DNA from: Zootoca vivipara
Lineage: Eukaryota
Direction: 5' to 3'
NCBI RefSeq assembly: GCF_963506605.1
Contig: NC_083277.1
Coordinates: forward strand, 70,928,001 to 70,992,000
Length of the DNA: 64,000 nucleotides
Shown: piece after piece, positions 50,685-64,000 of the stretch
Numbering within the stretch: position 1 is the stretch's first letter
How the letters are laid out: the number at the start of each line of letters is the position of its first letter
Notes under the pieces: generated by a model
What the model saw: the letters and a program-made list of their open reading frames with translations, nothing else
The model's database searches: none
Told to the model about the DNA's origin: nothing
Program-made: the position numbers and the translations under genes

Positions 50685-50769
50685 CATTGTACCATATGGC
50701 GAACGTACCATATAAAATCATCATAGATTTTTGCAAGGTAGATTGCCGAGGTTCCTCTCTCAAAACCCT

Positions 50770-51215
50770 ATAAGTTGGTGCCCATCACTTACATATTCTG
50801 GGAGTGGGCTCCAGAGCTTAATTAACTATGAAGAAGTACTTTCATTTGTCTGTTCTGAATCTTCCAATATTCTGTTTCATTGAATGGTTCCAGGTTCTAG
50901 GATAATGGGAGAGCAATCCACTTCTTCCATACCATGCACAAGCATGTACATTTCTATCATGCCCCCTTTCTCATGTCCCATGCTTTTTTTCTAAACAAAA
51001 AATATCAGCATGTTGGAATATTTTATTTATTATGGGAGTTGCTGCATCCCCTGGACCTTGTTCATTTTGGTTGTTCTTTGTGAAACCTTTTCCAAATGCG
51101 CAATATCCTTTCTTTAGGTGAGGCAGCCAGAACAATACAGAGTCGCACCGTAAATTATGCCATTGCAAGTTCTGTTTTCTACCCCTAACATGGAATTTCA
51201 CAGCTGATCTGGGCA
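50770..51215 (-). mobile_element. Decayed CR1 3' fragment
   Basis: gaagaagtactttcatttgtctgttctgaatcttccaatattc is antisense to the CR1 GRFRTDKRKYFF-type region. Confidence 0.6.
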
Positions 51216-51280
51216 TTTGAATTGTTTTGCCTGTGCCTGATTTGTTGTCTTATCTGCCCCCCAAATGAAATAATGTAAGG

Positions 51281-51779
51281 CAGAGATTTTCAACCTTTTT
51301 GAGTCCATGGCTCCCTTGACCAATTAGATTATTTCTGCGGCACCCCTGTGAGGCTCAGGAGCCCAGTTATGTCACCCCTTGCCTGAAGCTGGCAGCCTGT
51401 CACCCTTTTTCAAACATCTTCCCTTGTGGAGTGTTACCTCAGCCTCCTCTCCTCTCCCCTCTCCTTGGGAGTTCTTTGAGCAGCCGCAGCTGCTGCCCCT
51501 GGTCTGTGAGCTGTCCCTCTGCTCCAAAGAGAGGTGCCTCCCCACACTGCCCCACAAGGGCCTGGGAAACCCAGCCCAAGAGGCACCATTTTCCTGGGGA
51601 GCTTGTAGCCTGGGCTGCTGCAACAAACAGCTGTGCAAGCCATTGGGAGGCAGAGATGTGAGAGGACATTAGAGGAGGGATGGAAGGAAAGAGGGACAGA
51701 GGCCGGTGTTGCCCCCGGCACCCCTGACCATCATTCAAGTCACCCCAGGGTGCCAAGTCACCCTGGTTGAAAACCACCA
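51281..51779. mobile_element. Non-autonomous hAT (Buster/Charlie-type)
   Basis: TIRs CAGAGATTTTCAACC / GGTTGAAAACCACCA; TSD ATGTAAGG / GTGTAAGG (7 of 8). Confidence 0.72.
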
Positions 51780-54700
51780 GTGTAAGGATATATTTAAAAT
51801 ATTGCATTGCCATAGGAGAACACTGATCACCTTAATGCATTTGAAGCAAAACAAACCCCAAAACAGCAAACCATGTGTCACATAATAAGGAACTGAAGAT
51901 TGGACTTTAAACTTTCTTGTAATGGCGGCATATCGGTTAAGAATGAAACAGCTTCAGAGGTTTCACCTAGAAAGTTAAAACATGAGTTCTTGGTGAAAGA
52001 AAGGACATTGCAAGATCGCCATAGGCTGTTCTTTCTTTAAAATGTCCTGGGGGGAAAGAGCTACCATATTACACATCATACGGCATGTGACCGACTACAT
52101 TTACACATGGCAACATGCCAATGATTATCCTTCAGAATAATAACTTAGCAAATGTAGCATTTCGACAGCGTCTCAACAATATGACAGTTGAAATCTGTCC
52201 CAACAGAAAATTGCTGTTCCAGGTTTAAATTTAAAAACAGTCCAGCATGAGTCATTCTTGTGGTGGCCAGATTCCCTCCTCATTCATCTAGGCATTATCT
52301 CTTTTACAGCAAACTGAACAATAGAATAAAACCATAAAACAAATGCATATTCTCTTCCTAACCAACAGAATGTTCCTCAGCCATTTCTCTCTCTCTCTCT
52401 ATCGCTTAATGCCAAACTAGGTTTCTAAGTGGTTTACAAGTATAAAAACCAATTATATATGCCTTAAAATATGAACATCCACAAATAAACCACACTAGAA
52501 CAGTAGTTCTGAAACTTTCCCTCTCCCAACCACCTGGAAACAAGGGCCATGGTGGATCACTTGATGATTTTTCTGCCTGTTATAGCGATGGTAATGTGCT
52601 ATGTTAGATGCCATATGATTTTTACTTGCACAGTATTTTTATTTCTTCTTGTATTTCTGTATTGTATTTTATTGTATTGCAACTTGAATTTAATGAAATT
52701 CAAATTGTAATATAGTTAAATACAATATAATAAATAAAAGAGGGAATAAAAATGCAAGTAAAAATAAATGTCAACATTTAATGGGATGGATGTGCCATCT
52801 CCCATCTTCAGCCACAAATCCACACACACACTGTGGACCCCTGAATGGAGCTTGCAGACCACTGGTGATCTACGGATCAGAGTCTGGGAACAATCTCATT
52901 GAAATATTGTTATGCATGTGCTGGAAACCGAGGGGTACAAATCTGTGTGTGAAATGAGCAAGCGGTAAAATAGGATCAGGGCACTGAGTCTGCAACATTT
53001 CTTACCTTTTGCCTGCGTGTGAAAGTGGATAGATAAAACCGTCAATGTATTTACATTGGGTGGCAGCCAGTGGAGCTGCCCTGTTAGTACAAGTACTTCC
53101 GCCTGCTCAATGGGTCTCCCTCTCCCTCTTCTGTCCTTGTGTGCCTCCTGCATCCCTCCAAATCTCCTCCGGAACAAATTGGGAGAAGGGTGCAAGGCGA
53201 GGGAAAGAAGTCCTTGTGCTAATGAGAAGACTTCACTGCACACAACCCATTTTGTCTCTGTTGCTATCACTCGATGACTGTAAAATCAAGTGATGGTGAT
53301 TTGCATGTTGGAAGGAGCCACCTTCTATCACAGACAGAATTTTCATGCAGAATACTCTTTCATTGTGTTGGCTTGATTTAATATTTGTATGCCACTGCTC
53401 CTGTCTTGCTCCCAGAAGTCTAACATACAGTATGTCACACTGGCCTATATAATAGCAAGACACTCACAGTGTGCAACATATTTTAGTGCTGATCCACTCG
53501 GTCCCAATTCTGTGGAAATTAAAACTACGTGAAGATCTGTAGCACCTTAGAGTGGGAGAGACTGGCTGGTTGGCCCAAACTGGTACTATGAGTATACTCT
53601 GAACAATCTCCCAGATTGACTTTCTCAGGTATCTCACCTGTGTGCCAGAGTTCACACTGCTCCAAGAGTGGCCTTATTTTTCCCTTTCTTCTTGGAAACT
53701 CTCCAGAGTCCAAGCTGGCTATGATTAGGAAGTGCTGATAGGACTTTTGGCTTCCAGTGGCTGTGGATAACCTTTGAGGCACCTTGAACTGGAAGGCCTA
53801 TCCGTTTGGGTTGATACCTACCACAATACCCTAGGCGCAACTTGTGAATTTAGAAATAATGTCCCATTTCCCATTTCTCTACAGTGGTTGCTCTAAGTCA
53901 TCTATTGCACTCTGTGCACTGTAAGCACAGCTTTTGACAAGGATGATGTCATAAACTGGGCTCCTCCAGGGAGGGCATTCCACAGCTGCAGCACAACATC
54001 CAAGAAAAGTTTGACTCCAATCCCCCTTTAGCAGACTTCCCTGGTACTTGGGGACCTGAAGCAGAGCTTCTGCAGATGATCTCATCCAACATGATGGGCC
54101 ATGTGTTACGTCCCCCCCCCCCCGTGAGCAGGCAGCACAGGACCGAGTTGGCTTTATGGAACTCAGTCCTAAAATTGGAAGGTTGTCTGCATTTCCAGGT
54201 TACAGTACAGCTCCAAGCAAAAGAAAAAAATGCATTTCCTTTCTGTTCTTTTGCCTAGAGCTATTGCCCAGACCAGCACTTGGCTACAAGAAGCTCTACC
54301 TGTACATTGTAACTGCAATATACCCTGAGAGACAAAAGCGTTTGCAGAAACATTAGAGTTCTCTATTTCCTCCTTTCCTCTCCACATGTGAATAATGGAT
54401 ACAAACTGCTGACCGTGGGGAACATAGAAACTGTAAGCAAATATGGAAGCCATTAAGCATTATTTAGCAACATAGACCGCATGCAGCTGTTATGGTGCAT
54501 TTATGCAAGCTATCGCTGGAATTAAATTAGGATTTTTTAATGGGGGGGGGGAAGCATTATTTCCGTCTTTCTTTCCATTTTGGCGTGAATAACCACCAGA
54601 TGGGAAGAACAGCATGCGTCCAGAAGTGTTCACTAATTTTATAGCAATATTTTCCCTACACTAGTTTGACACAGAATTTCTCTCAACCTCAGGGCTGTTT

Positions 54701-55018
54701 TGTGTTTCCTTGTGATTGTCTGCATTTCTGCACACAGTTGCAGTTGGGTCCAGTGAATGAAATGTCACCCATCAGAGACGGCAAAGGCCTGATTCTGAAG
54801 CCCCACATTGGCCACATCCTCTCTGACTGCCTTTGAGCAAGCAACCTTCCTGCACTGGTGGGTCCCCTGTGGTTCACCCGGCTGCAGTGCTCTGATTAGA
54901 ACCAGCCACTGTTCTAATATGCCACAATGTCTCTGATGGAATCTCACTTTAGGGGATTGTGGGAAATGGGGTCCTAGGAGCAGCCTGGGATTTCTGTGTG
55001 TTACCGTAGCACCATAGC

Positions 55019-55623
55019 TGTCATGGACTCGCTGGATCCAGAGGAGGCATCAGCTAGGGAACCCTCAAGGGAAGAAGGCTCATGCCAGGGGATTGGTTGT
55101 AGTCAGAGGGAGAAGAGGAAACAGACTGGGAGGAGGAGGAGGAGGAGGAGGAGGAGGAGGGGTTGGAATCCGAAACAGTAACAGGGTTGGTGAGCAGGAA
55201 GAGTCTGTGGCAGAAGCAGAGGCAAAAGTGGAAGATGGAGAGAAGTGGGGTGGGCAAGAGGCAGAGATGCGTCAGACTGGAGAGAAAGCCAGGCTGTCTC
55301 CTGCTCCTGCTGCTACCAGCTACCCTTCCCCCTGGTCTCCCAGAACCCAAAGAGGTATGAAGAGGGAGGAGCTAAGACAGACAAGAGGACGGAGCTTCAG
55401 ATTGCTGGAGAAGGAACCAGGGGAGGAGGAGACTTAGGGAGCTGTGGGAATGTGGGGACATTCAGTCCTTGCAACTGCCTCATAGGGGCAGGTTCTACCA
55501 GGAAAAGTTGCTGTGCTCTCTAGGCCTGGCTTCCTGAGCTATCTTGTTTCTTTGACTAAAGAGTTAACTTCACTGAAGCCATGTGAGTTATTGCTTACCT
55601 GCTCCTGGCACCTGCTTCTGACA
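55019..55623. mobile_element. Possible solo LTR-like repeat with an internal (GGA)n tract
   Basis: TGTCA...TGACA termini and purine-rich body; TSD not convincing. Confidence 0.4.
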
Positions 55624-57270
55624 ATATGTGACTAAGAGACATCAAGGCTGGTCCAAGACATTATATTTCCTGAGGTGAAGGAAAGATGGCTCTCTCACCC
55701 CTTCATCTGCAGAATCTTACTTCACAGCAGAATCTTACTTCAATACTAGCAATGGGGAGATGTCTCCTGTTGCATCTGAGGGCATCAGGCTAGTTATGTG
55801 GTGGGAGGCCGGCTTAGTAATGGGGAGAGGGCTCAGGTGGAATGACTAATGGGGTACCACCCCTACCCCCACTCAAGCATCTGAGCCTCACTCTGCCCAA
55901 CAGCAGAGCCAATCCCTTATTTCAGAACTGTTAGAAGTAGGCATCCTTCTTGCCAGCTTCTGTGAGATTTCTGTGAAGTCTTGTCAACACAATCAAAACA
56001 TCAGACTGTTTCCCATGGCTGGTTCATGCGAGGGTTGCTCATTGCTCAGTAAAGGCAGCATCATGTGCCATCTTGCGCCTTTGCAACTGGAACTCTCCCA
56101 TCACCCAGCGGTCCGTTCAGACATACTGCTTTTGTTACTTTGTGCAATCATCCCGTGGCGTCCCCAGGCGTTTGTCTGAACCAGTCCTAGCCTTCCACTT
56201 CTTGGGGGAAAGAAGCCCCTCCCCCCGGAAACATATGGTGTTTGTTTTCACTTGTGTTGTTTCCGCTTGGCTTGATGCGCTTGCTCATCTGCTGCGCTTA
56301 CATCTTCGAAGCCTAAACTTAAAACAGAGGCTGGCCTGGATTTTGTGGGGGAACATAAGGGCAGATGGAAAATAAACAGCCCAAAGAATCCCTGGCTAAT
56401 AAAAGATGTTACAAAAAAACCAGGAGATCCAATACACGGGGGAGTCATCAGCGGGACTGGGAAAGTTGCCGCGGAGCTGTGTTTTCCCGCTTTTCTCATC
56501 TCAAAAGGAATTGTCAAAACGAAAAGTATGTTCTTTCTCCACGACAGTGGCCCATCACAGGGAGGGTCTTGCAATGTATGCTAAGACTTGTAAAAAGATA
56601 AAACAGGTAGGAGGTGGAGTGGGGAGAGAGAAGGAATAAGTGGGTCATCAAGCTAGTGGCAGGAAGTGAGAATCCAGCAAACCTTGTCTGTGGGCTTCTC
56701 CAGATATATGGTACATTCATGATGATTTGTGCTCCTGATGGTATTGGGGTGGTTGTATGTCCTCCGACTTTCAATACCATTTGCGTCTACAAAGGTTTCA
56801 GGGCAAGTATGCTGCTTCATTTCTATTCAGTGCGTGTCCCACAACTTACTGACATTTATACCACAAATGTCCCGGTTTGTTTGTTTTTAGCCTGCTTTAG
56901 TTCCACTAGAGTGCAAGAGGGCTCCTCTGGATGGCAATAATGTGATTATGCTGGAGAACATAGGAGAACAACTAGTAAAGCAAAATGATGTGCAGTCTAG
57001 TAATACATTTACATTGCAGAATACACCCACAAAAAAGCACCAGTCTGGAGGAAGCCTGTGCCGTTTCCCATAGTGGACAAAGTTAGTGGAAAGAGTGCAT
57101 TATGATATCAATATAATCATGGTATCAGGTCATAGCAGCATAATTACTGTCACTGTCACAACACTCTGTTGGTAGAGAAAAATCTCAGTGAACTCAGACA
57201 GAGTGGAATAATCTCCAATACATTTATATGCAATGTTGAATCAGTACTAGCTAGACAGAATCATGTGTCC

Positions 57271-57403
57271 CATGGGCGTAGCCAGGATTTTTGTTGTGGG
57301 GGAGGCCTTTTGTTAGGGGGGCAAAACCTCAGTTTGCTATGTATTTTTATTGATTTAGGGGGGGCACTTGCCCCTTCCTGCCCCACTCCCCGCTATGCCC
57401 ATG
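57271..57403. mobile_element. Short hAT-like MITE
   Basis: 12-bp TIRs CATGGGCGTAGC / GCTATGCCCATG; TSD degenerate. Confidence 0.65.
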
Positions 57404-57829
57404 ACATGTCACATTTCCAACCTATGCATAATAGTTTCTGTGCATAATGTGCTTAAGGTGTAGTTGGGATCTGTGCATAATGTGCCAGTTGGGCACCAAT
57501 GTGTCTGATCTGCTCACCATAGATGGCTTTCCACCAGGCCCCTGGACAACATGCCAAATGATTACAAGCTGAAAGCAAACATTGCATGGTTTAATGCTTC
57601 TTTAATAATTGTCAGTGGATTACATGATCCCTCATTCTTTGCCCAGGATGGATGTACCAGTTTCCCCATCTGAGTGACACAACTCGACTGTAGGCCCAGT
57701 TTCAATAATATGCTTGAGGAGAAATGTGTGTGTGTTCCTGGCCAAAGGAGGTCATAGCCAGGAAAGCAAATTATGTTGTGCAATCTTACCTAATGCAAGG
57801 GGCAGAGTGACTACCTCTAGAAGCATGAG

Positions 57830-57960
57830 ATAAAGCATGAGACCCTTAATTTCAGGGTCATGGGTTTGAGTCCCATGTTGGGCAAAAGATACCTGCACCG
57901 CAGGGGTTGGTCTAGATGACACTCAGGGTCCCTTCCAATTCTATGATTCTGTGATCCTAT
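57830..57960 (+). mobile_element. tRNA-Lys-derived SINE with CR1-type 3' tail
   Basis: gcatgagacccttaatttcagggtcatgggtttgagtcccatgttgggc (decayed tRNA-Lys-like), then ggtcccttccaattctatgattct; partial copy at ~60328-60400. Confidence 0.7.
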
Positions 57961-59087
57961 ACATCACTCGAGATTGAACTCAGACTTAAAACAGCAATGT
58001 CCATGCTGAATAGTTCAGCAGGCATGCTGGGCAATCAATTCATATACCGTTTGCTTCATTTGGCTAATTATTAATACAGAAGGATGTAAATATTTGGATT
58101 AGATTTTGCTCCCTTTACCTGTTTTCCATTTATGTATCAATCATATCCTCAGAAGCAGCATCTTCAGATTTCACCCATGATCTCACTGAGGTAGTTGGCC
58201 ATGCATAGGGATCATTTCAGTGAATGAGGAATGTTTTAGCATCTGTGCGCAGCAGGAGATGACTGTTGCTTGAAAACACGTCCTCAAATCTTCCCAGAAG
58301 TTTTCTTTCTTAGCCTTACACCTGGAAAACAGGGGCGTAGGGCAGTGGTTGCCAACTTCTTACCAAAGAAGGTTTGGGCAGGTGTGCCTTCGCTCATCCC
58401 AGTGATCCCATCATTGTTAGGAGAAGTCCCACCTGCAAAATATTTCCTTTCCATGGAAAAAATGAACAAGGCACCAGAGAAACAGACTATGAGACAAGGT
58501 GTTGACAACCTGCTAAAGGTGTGTCAGTAGCCTGTGCAGGCAAGCAGCAGTTGGTGCCCTGATGAGAGAAGGGTACTAGTGGCCAAGGTGGAATGCTAAT
58601 GTATGTGCACCTGAAACCAGAGGGAAGCATAGGGTGCCTTGGGCCAAGTGAAACCATTGGTCCATCCAGCTCAGTCCTGTCTACTTTGACTGGCAGCAGT
58701 GGCTCTCCCTGGAGATGCTAGAGAGCAAACAGGAGACAATATTCTGGCCATACGCTTGCTACATTATATAAGTCTCTGCTCTTGACACCCAGAAATTTAG
58801 GAGTTGGCGATTGTCAGGGATAAGTACATAAGAACGCCTATTCAGTCCACCATACTGCTCACGCAGCTCTCAGCCAGATGCACCTGGGAAATCCACAAGC
58901 TAGACGGGAGGACAATAGCCCTCTCCCACTATTGTTTCCCCAACATCTGGTATTCAGAGGCAAAAAGCCTCTAATCTTGGAGCTTGCATATAGCTGTCAT
59001 ACTGGTAGTCTTGTCCTCCATGAGACAAAAACATCACAGCTAGTGGCCATTGCACTATCCTGTAGTATTGATAAACTGTCTTCTGTG

Positions 59088-59448
59088 TAAAGGAAAAGGT
59101 AAAGGGACCCCTGACCATTAGGTCCAGTCGTGACCAACTCTGGGGTTGCAGTGCTCATCTCGCATTATTGGCTGAGGGAGCCTCTGCGTACAGCTTCCGG
59201 GTCATGTGGCCAGCATGACAAAGCCACTTCTGGTGAACCAGAGCAGCACATGGAAACGCCGTTTACCTTCCTGCTTGGAGTGCTACCTATTTAACTACTT
59301 GCACTTTGACGTGCTTTTGAACTGCTAGGTTGGCAGGAGCTGGGACCGAGCAATGGGAGCTCACCCCGTTGTGGGGATTCGAACTGCTGACCTTCTGATC
59401 GGCAAGCCCTAGGTACTGAGGTTTAACCCACAGCGCCACCTGCGTCCC
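59088..59448 (-). mobile_element. Full-length Sauria SINE nested in a CR1 relic (~58820-59740)
   Basis: Collinear with 47308-47665. Confidence 0.92.
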
Positions 59449-61214
59449 TGGCCTTCCATGTAAATAAGTATTAATGTTTGTCTGTCTTGAATCGGCTGTC
59501 AGTCAGCTTCACTGGATTCTTGAGAGAAAGAGACAAATAGATCTCTATCTAACTTTATCCACATAATGCATATTTTTTTATAAACCTCTACCATGCTCCC
59601 CCTTACTCACATTCCCCCCCCTCTAAATTTGGTACCCCCAAATACTGCAACCTTTTCTCTTTGGAGAGTGGTTGCAGCCCTCAGATCACTTTGGATGCCC
59701 TTTCCAGCACCTTCCCAGGCTCTACAAAATGCAGGTATGTGTGGGGCCAAAATGCTGAGATGAATGGCACAGGGAGAGGAGAAAAGTGGCAGCCCTAAGT
59801 AGCTGGTATAAATTTACAACTGCAGCTCAGGCCACTTGTAAAATGCTATTAACCTTTCCTCTGTTCTTCTGTTTTGTTTAGTTCTTCTGTTTTGTTTAGT
59901 TTTTCGATGGTGGGTAGGTTGAGGGTTCCCCCCATCCCTGCCTTGGGGAAATCAAGATCCTTTAGCTTAGTTGAAGAATGCCAGACCAAACAGTCCGTGA
60001 GGCTGAGACGACGGCAGAATGTTCTGATAATATTTCTTTCCCCCCAAGATTAGAAATGGAAGTCATGCCAGAGTGTGGAAATTCCTTGGAGCATTGTGAC
60101 TAGGTAAAGGAAGTGGTTTAAAGCTGAGCTATTGGCTTCTTCTGTGTTACAGAACAGAAGCCAATTTTTACTTCCTGTGACTAGCTCTCACTTCTTTGTG
60201 CTGCCTGGAGTTAGTTTGGTGGGGGTGCTCTATAGACACATTTGTAAGGAATAACAATAAGAAACATTTTTTTATATAAAAAAACCTAACAAACAATAAA
60301 ACAAGTTTTCAAATGTTTCTCTGGTTATTTTCCTGCATTGCAGCGGGTTGGACTAGATGACCCTCGGGGTCCCTTCCAACTCTCCAAGTCTATGATTCTA
60401 GGTAGGATAAACATTGATAGGGAGATTATGTTTGCATGAAAAACATGACCCTCTCCAGTCCTTTCCAGCTGAAGGTTCGGGGAAAGTAGCCTGAGCCTGA
60501 AAGTAAAACAAAGCAAACAATTTTCTCATTCTAAATAGCGTTTGGTTTTGGCGGCTGCTCTGCACAGTTGGAATTTTTATAAGCACTGCTAGCCTCTGCT
60601 TGGAATGATGGTAAAGAGGGACACCAGGAAACATCCCTGTCATTGCTTCCCCCCCCCCCCATGATCGATGGTTGTCAAGCCTCTGCTTAAAGACCTCTTA
60701 CCGTCAGGAAATTCTTCCTAATGTTTAGGTGGAATCTTCTTTCTTGTAGCTTGAATCCATTGCTCCGTGTCGGCTTCTCTGGAGCAGCAGAAAACAACCT
60801 TTCTCCCTCCTCTAGAATTGCAGGGTGTATATACATACCCACAAAAGATTCTTCTTTTGCTCTGAACTGTTTCTTCTACCCATGCCCCTTTCTACTGTCA
60901 GATCTTAGGCTAGGATCCTGGAGGTACCCAAGTTGTACCACAGACCAGAGTCAGGAACAATTTCATGCTCTGGGAGTCACTATTCAGTGGCCTATTTTAG
61001 TCATTGTCGCTTGGTAGCCCTGTGGAAAGGGCTGGTGGCGAGCTACTCTTGGCTGGTCCAAACATTTTTATTTTTTTTTGCCGCCTTCTCCTTGATTATC
61101 TCTTTTGCACTTTTTCAGTGTAATCATAGATATGTTTGTTCAAGAGTACCCCTCACGGACTTCAGCAGGACTTTAAGTTTTAGCTTGTTTCTCTGGTTTG
61201 TTTGCTTTTTTAAT

Positions 61215-61364
61215 TCCCACAGCAACACTGTGAGGTAGGTTAGGCTGCGAGCTGGTGACTGGCCCAAGGTCACCCAGTGAGCTCCATGGCTGAGTGGGGA
61301 TTTGAACCCTGGTCTCCCAGGTCCCAGTCCAACACTCTAACCACCACACCACACTGGCTCTCCC
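61215..61364 (-). mobile_element. MIR/CORE-like tRNA-derived SINE
   Basis: Minus-strand head GGGAGAGCCAGTGTGGTGTGGTGGTTAGAGTG with B-box GGTTCAAATCC. Confidence 0.75.
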
Positions 61365-62891
61365 TCTTTCTCTGTTTTCCAAAACAAAACAAAATCCTCA
61401 TATGCACACAGTGCCCGCCTACTTGAAAACACTGTGGCATGCTTTGAGGGTCACTAGTTCAAGTTTGATTACATTGGTAAAATGGTCTAATGCATGTGTA
61501 AAGTGGTTTCTCCTTTGCCATTGTGGTGACGGGGAGAGTAGGCGGTTCTGCTTTTCCTTGAATCCGTTGCTATAGAGCTCTTTGCTGGTTGGGCCCATAG
61601 TCTGTGCTGTCCTGACTGCTCTGAGTTTTCAGTCAGTTTCCCTTTCAGAAGGTTTACAAAGGGCTGAGAATGGAGCGCTTATGTGGAGAGCAATCGCAAG
61701 GAACTGTTCTCTGTGGTTATTCATTTGTTCCCTAAGATGTGCATCCTGTTCTTCAGTGGGCAACTGGCATTCCCAGGGCAAGGACATAGGAAGCTGCCTT
61801 GCACTGAGCCCAGGCAACTGGTTCGGCTAGCTTAGTATTGCCAACACTGGCAGTGTCTCTCCAGCATTTCAGAGACGAGTTTTTCCTTGCCCCACCTAGG
61901 GATGCTGGGGTTTGAACCTGGGCTTTCTGCAAGCAAAGCATGTACTGTGCAGATGAGCTTCGGCCCTTATAAATAAAATTAGTGAGAGATGTTAACATTC
62001 AGCAATGAACCTTCAAGCATGCATAAGTGGTTTAATGGCCTTGTTTGCACTTAATGCTGAGCCAATAGTTTAACTATGGTTTATTTGAACCTTGTTTTGT
62101 TTTCTGCAAAAAAACCAAAAAACAAAACCCATGATGTGAGGCCATAGTTGGGTTGGATTATAAACCACAGCTTGTTTTAACTATGGTTTAGAGTTATATC
62201 TGACACAACAGTCTTGCTTAACCAGACACTTATCAAGCTACAAATGTCCAAGGCAAGAGCAGCTGGAAAACAGATGACGTTTCAGAGGAGAAATCTATGA
62301 CTTGTTTGCTCATCTGTGAAATGACTCACGGTTTGCTGAACAAATTATGACTTAGTGCTATGCACCAATACAGCCAAATTGTTACTTGTGATTTTTCGAC
62401 CCCTTTCTATGGCACCCAGGGCATTTGTTCAAAAATAAGCTTATTGGAGTTCATTGCATGTGCAACACATAGTTATGGATGTGGTCAAGGCATAGCCATT
62501 ACACCTGAGGGTGGAATCTTATCTATTTCATAGATTTAAGTGGGATTGCACTTGTCAGTATAGACCAAGATGAAAGACCTTCCAGTTAAGCCTCAGATGT
62601 TTTAGGAAAGTAGCAGTCTAACTGAATAAGCAGAGGCTGGATGTGACGGTGCCATGCACTTGCCTTTAGGGCAATATGAATACATAGGAAGACTTTGAAA
62701 CACTGGACTCAGCTAACTACTGCACTGTCTGCTACTTAAAAGCAGATTACACTTAATAAAACTCGCATAACCAGGGCACTTGCATTATTTAAAATAGACT
62801 TAGCAGTGTTTTTAGTGATTTGGAATATTTAGGGCATTCAGATATTCATAACCCCAGTTGTCCCTGGAAATGCATTTGCATGGACAATGGA

Positions 62892-63101
62892 TAGGGTTTC
62901 CAGACTCAATAGAGGACAGGACTTCTGTGCCTTTTAATTGCCCTGCTCTCTTTTGAGTCTGGAAACCTTAAAGAGAAACCAGCAGACCCTTTGTTTAATT
63001 TCCAAGCAAAGGTGGTTTCTCTTTAAGGTTTCCAGTCTCAAAAGAGAGCAGGGCAATTAAAGGCACAGAAGTCCTGTCCTCTATTGAGTCTGGCAACCCT
63101 A
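62892..63101. mobile_element. Fold-back hAT MITE (TAGGGTT-type TIR, Blackjack-like)
   Basis: ~90-bp near-perfect inverted arms; exact TSD ACAATGGA (62884-62891, 63102-63109). Confidence 0.92.
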
Positions 63102-63575
63102 ACAATGGAGCATGTGAGTTGAGTTTCCAGCTGCAGCTTCTCAGTGGCGATTTTTGTGGAAATGCATTTTCAGCTCTCACTGTAATGGGAATGATTTTGG
63201 GGTAGTAGTGGAAGGATCCACAATCCTATAAAATGCTTACATGAGCAAAATGGGAAACTCAATGGGCCTTTCTTCTGAGTAGCCACTGCACAATTTGTGA
63301 AGACATGATGTGCATATAGTTCTCCTGCCTCAAGGTGGAGAGAAGAATTTAATGTTATTGTGGTTCCTATTCACCTGAGTATTGTGTTGGTTATTCCTAT
63401 CTGGAACACAGACAACTGGGAATTCATTCTTCCCTTGCTAGCTCAGTTCAAACTATAAGGAGCTGTGCCAGAGCACAATTATGAATTTGTGTTCCCTTTC
63501 ATTTTTACAGGGATTCTACAGGAGACATCAGTGATGAATGTTGCTTGTTTTTTATGTTTATTTATTATCACCTAC

Positions 63576-63913
63576 TGGTTAAACCACAGAGCCTAGGGCT
63601 TGCCAATCAGAAGATCGGCGGTTCGAATCCCTGCGATGGGGTGAGCTCCCGTTGCTCAATCCCAGCTCCTGCCAACCTAGCAGTTCGAAAGCATGTCAAA
63701 GTGCAAGTAGATAAATAGGTACCACTACAGCAGGAAAGTAAACAGCATTTCCGTGTGCTGCTCTGGTTCGCCAGAAGCAGCTTTGTCATGCTGGCCACAT
63801 GACCTGGAAGCTGTACGCCGGCTCCCTCGGCCAATAACACGAGATGAGACCTGCAACCCCAGAATCGGTCACAACTGGACCTAATGGTCAGGGGTCCCTT
63901 TACCTTTACCTTT
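63576..63913 (+). mobile_element. Sauria SINE, slightly 5'-truncated
   Basis: ggttaaaccacagagcctagggcttgcc...ggggtccctttacctttacc. Confidence 0.92.
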
Positions 63914-64000
63914 TACTGGCAATTTCAGGGCCCAATCTTATTAGATGCTCTTCAGACTGAGTTTCTGGTCCTGGATGACAATATTCATTTAAGTCTTCCA

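Noticed and set aside
55093-55437. Gly/Glu-rich ORFs
   Set aside because: Produced by a (GGA)n tract inside a probable repeat.
57830-57885. tRNA-Lys gene
   Set aside because: Decayed, lacks an intact 5' arm and is fused to a CR1-type tail; it is a SINE head.

Overview
Vertebrate genomic DNA, most likely from a lacertid lizard (Podarcis-type Sauria SINEs; squamate L2, CR1 and BovB LINE relics). The only protein-coding gene I can support is a complete NDFIP1 (Nedd4 family-interacting protein 1) on the + strand. It has a CpG-island promoter, seven coding exons (517-18255; 660 nt, 219 aa, all introns GT-AG with consistent phases) and a separate non-coding last exon from 22530 with several AATAAA signals. 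The remaining ~40 kb has no recognisable gene; most ORF-track entries are spurious or LINE debris. There is one 139-N assembly gap. The most striking feature is a set of non-autonomous hAT DNA transposons, delimited by terminal inverted repeats (TIRs) and exact 8-bp target-site duplications (TSDs), whose interiors look like captured CpG-island, promoter or first-exon host DNA. The clearest case is the apparent 'second CpG island' at 32826-34299, which lies wholly inside such an element (a Pack-TIR-like candidate). Family names are from recognition only; no database search was run.
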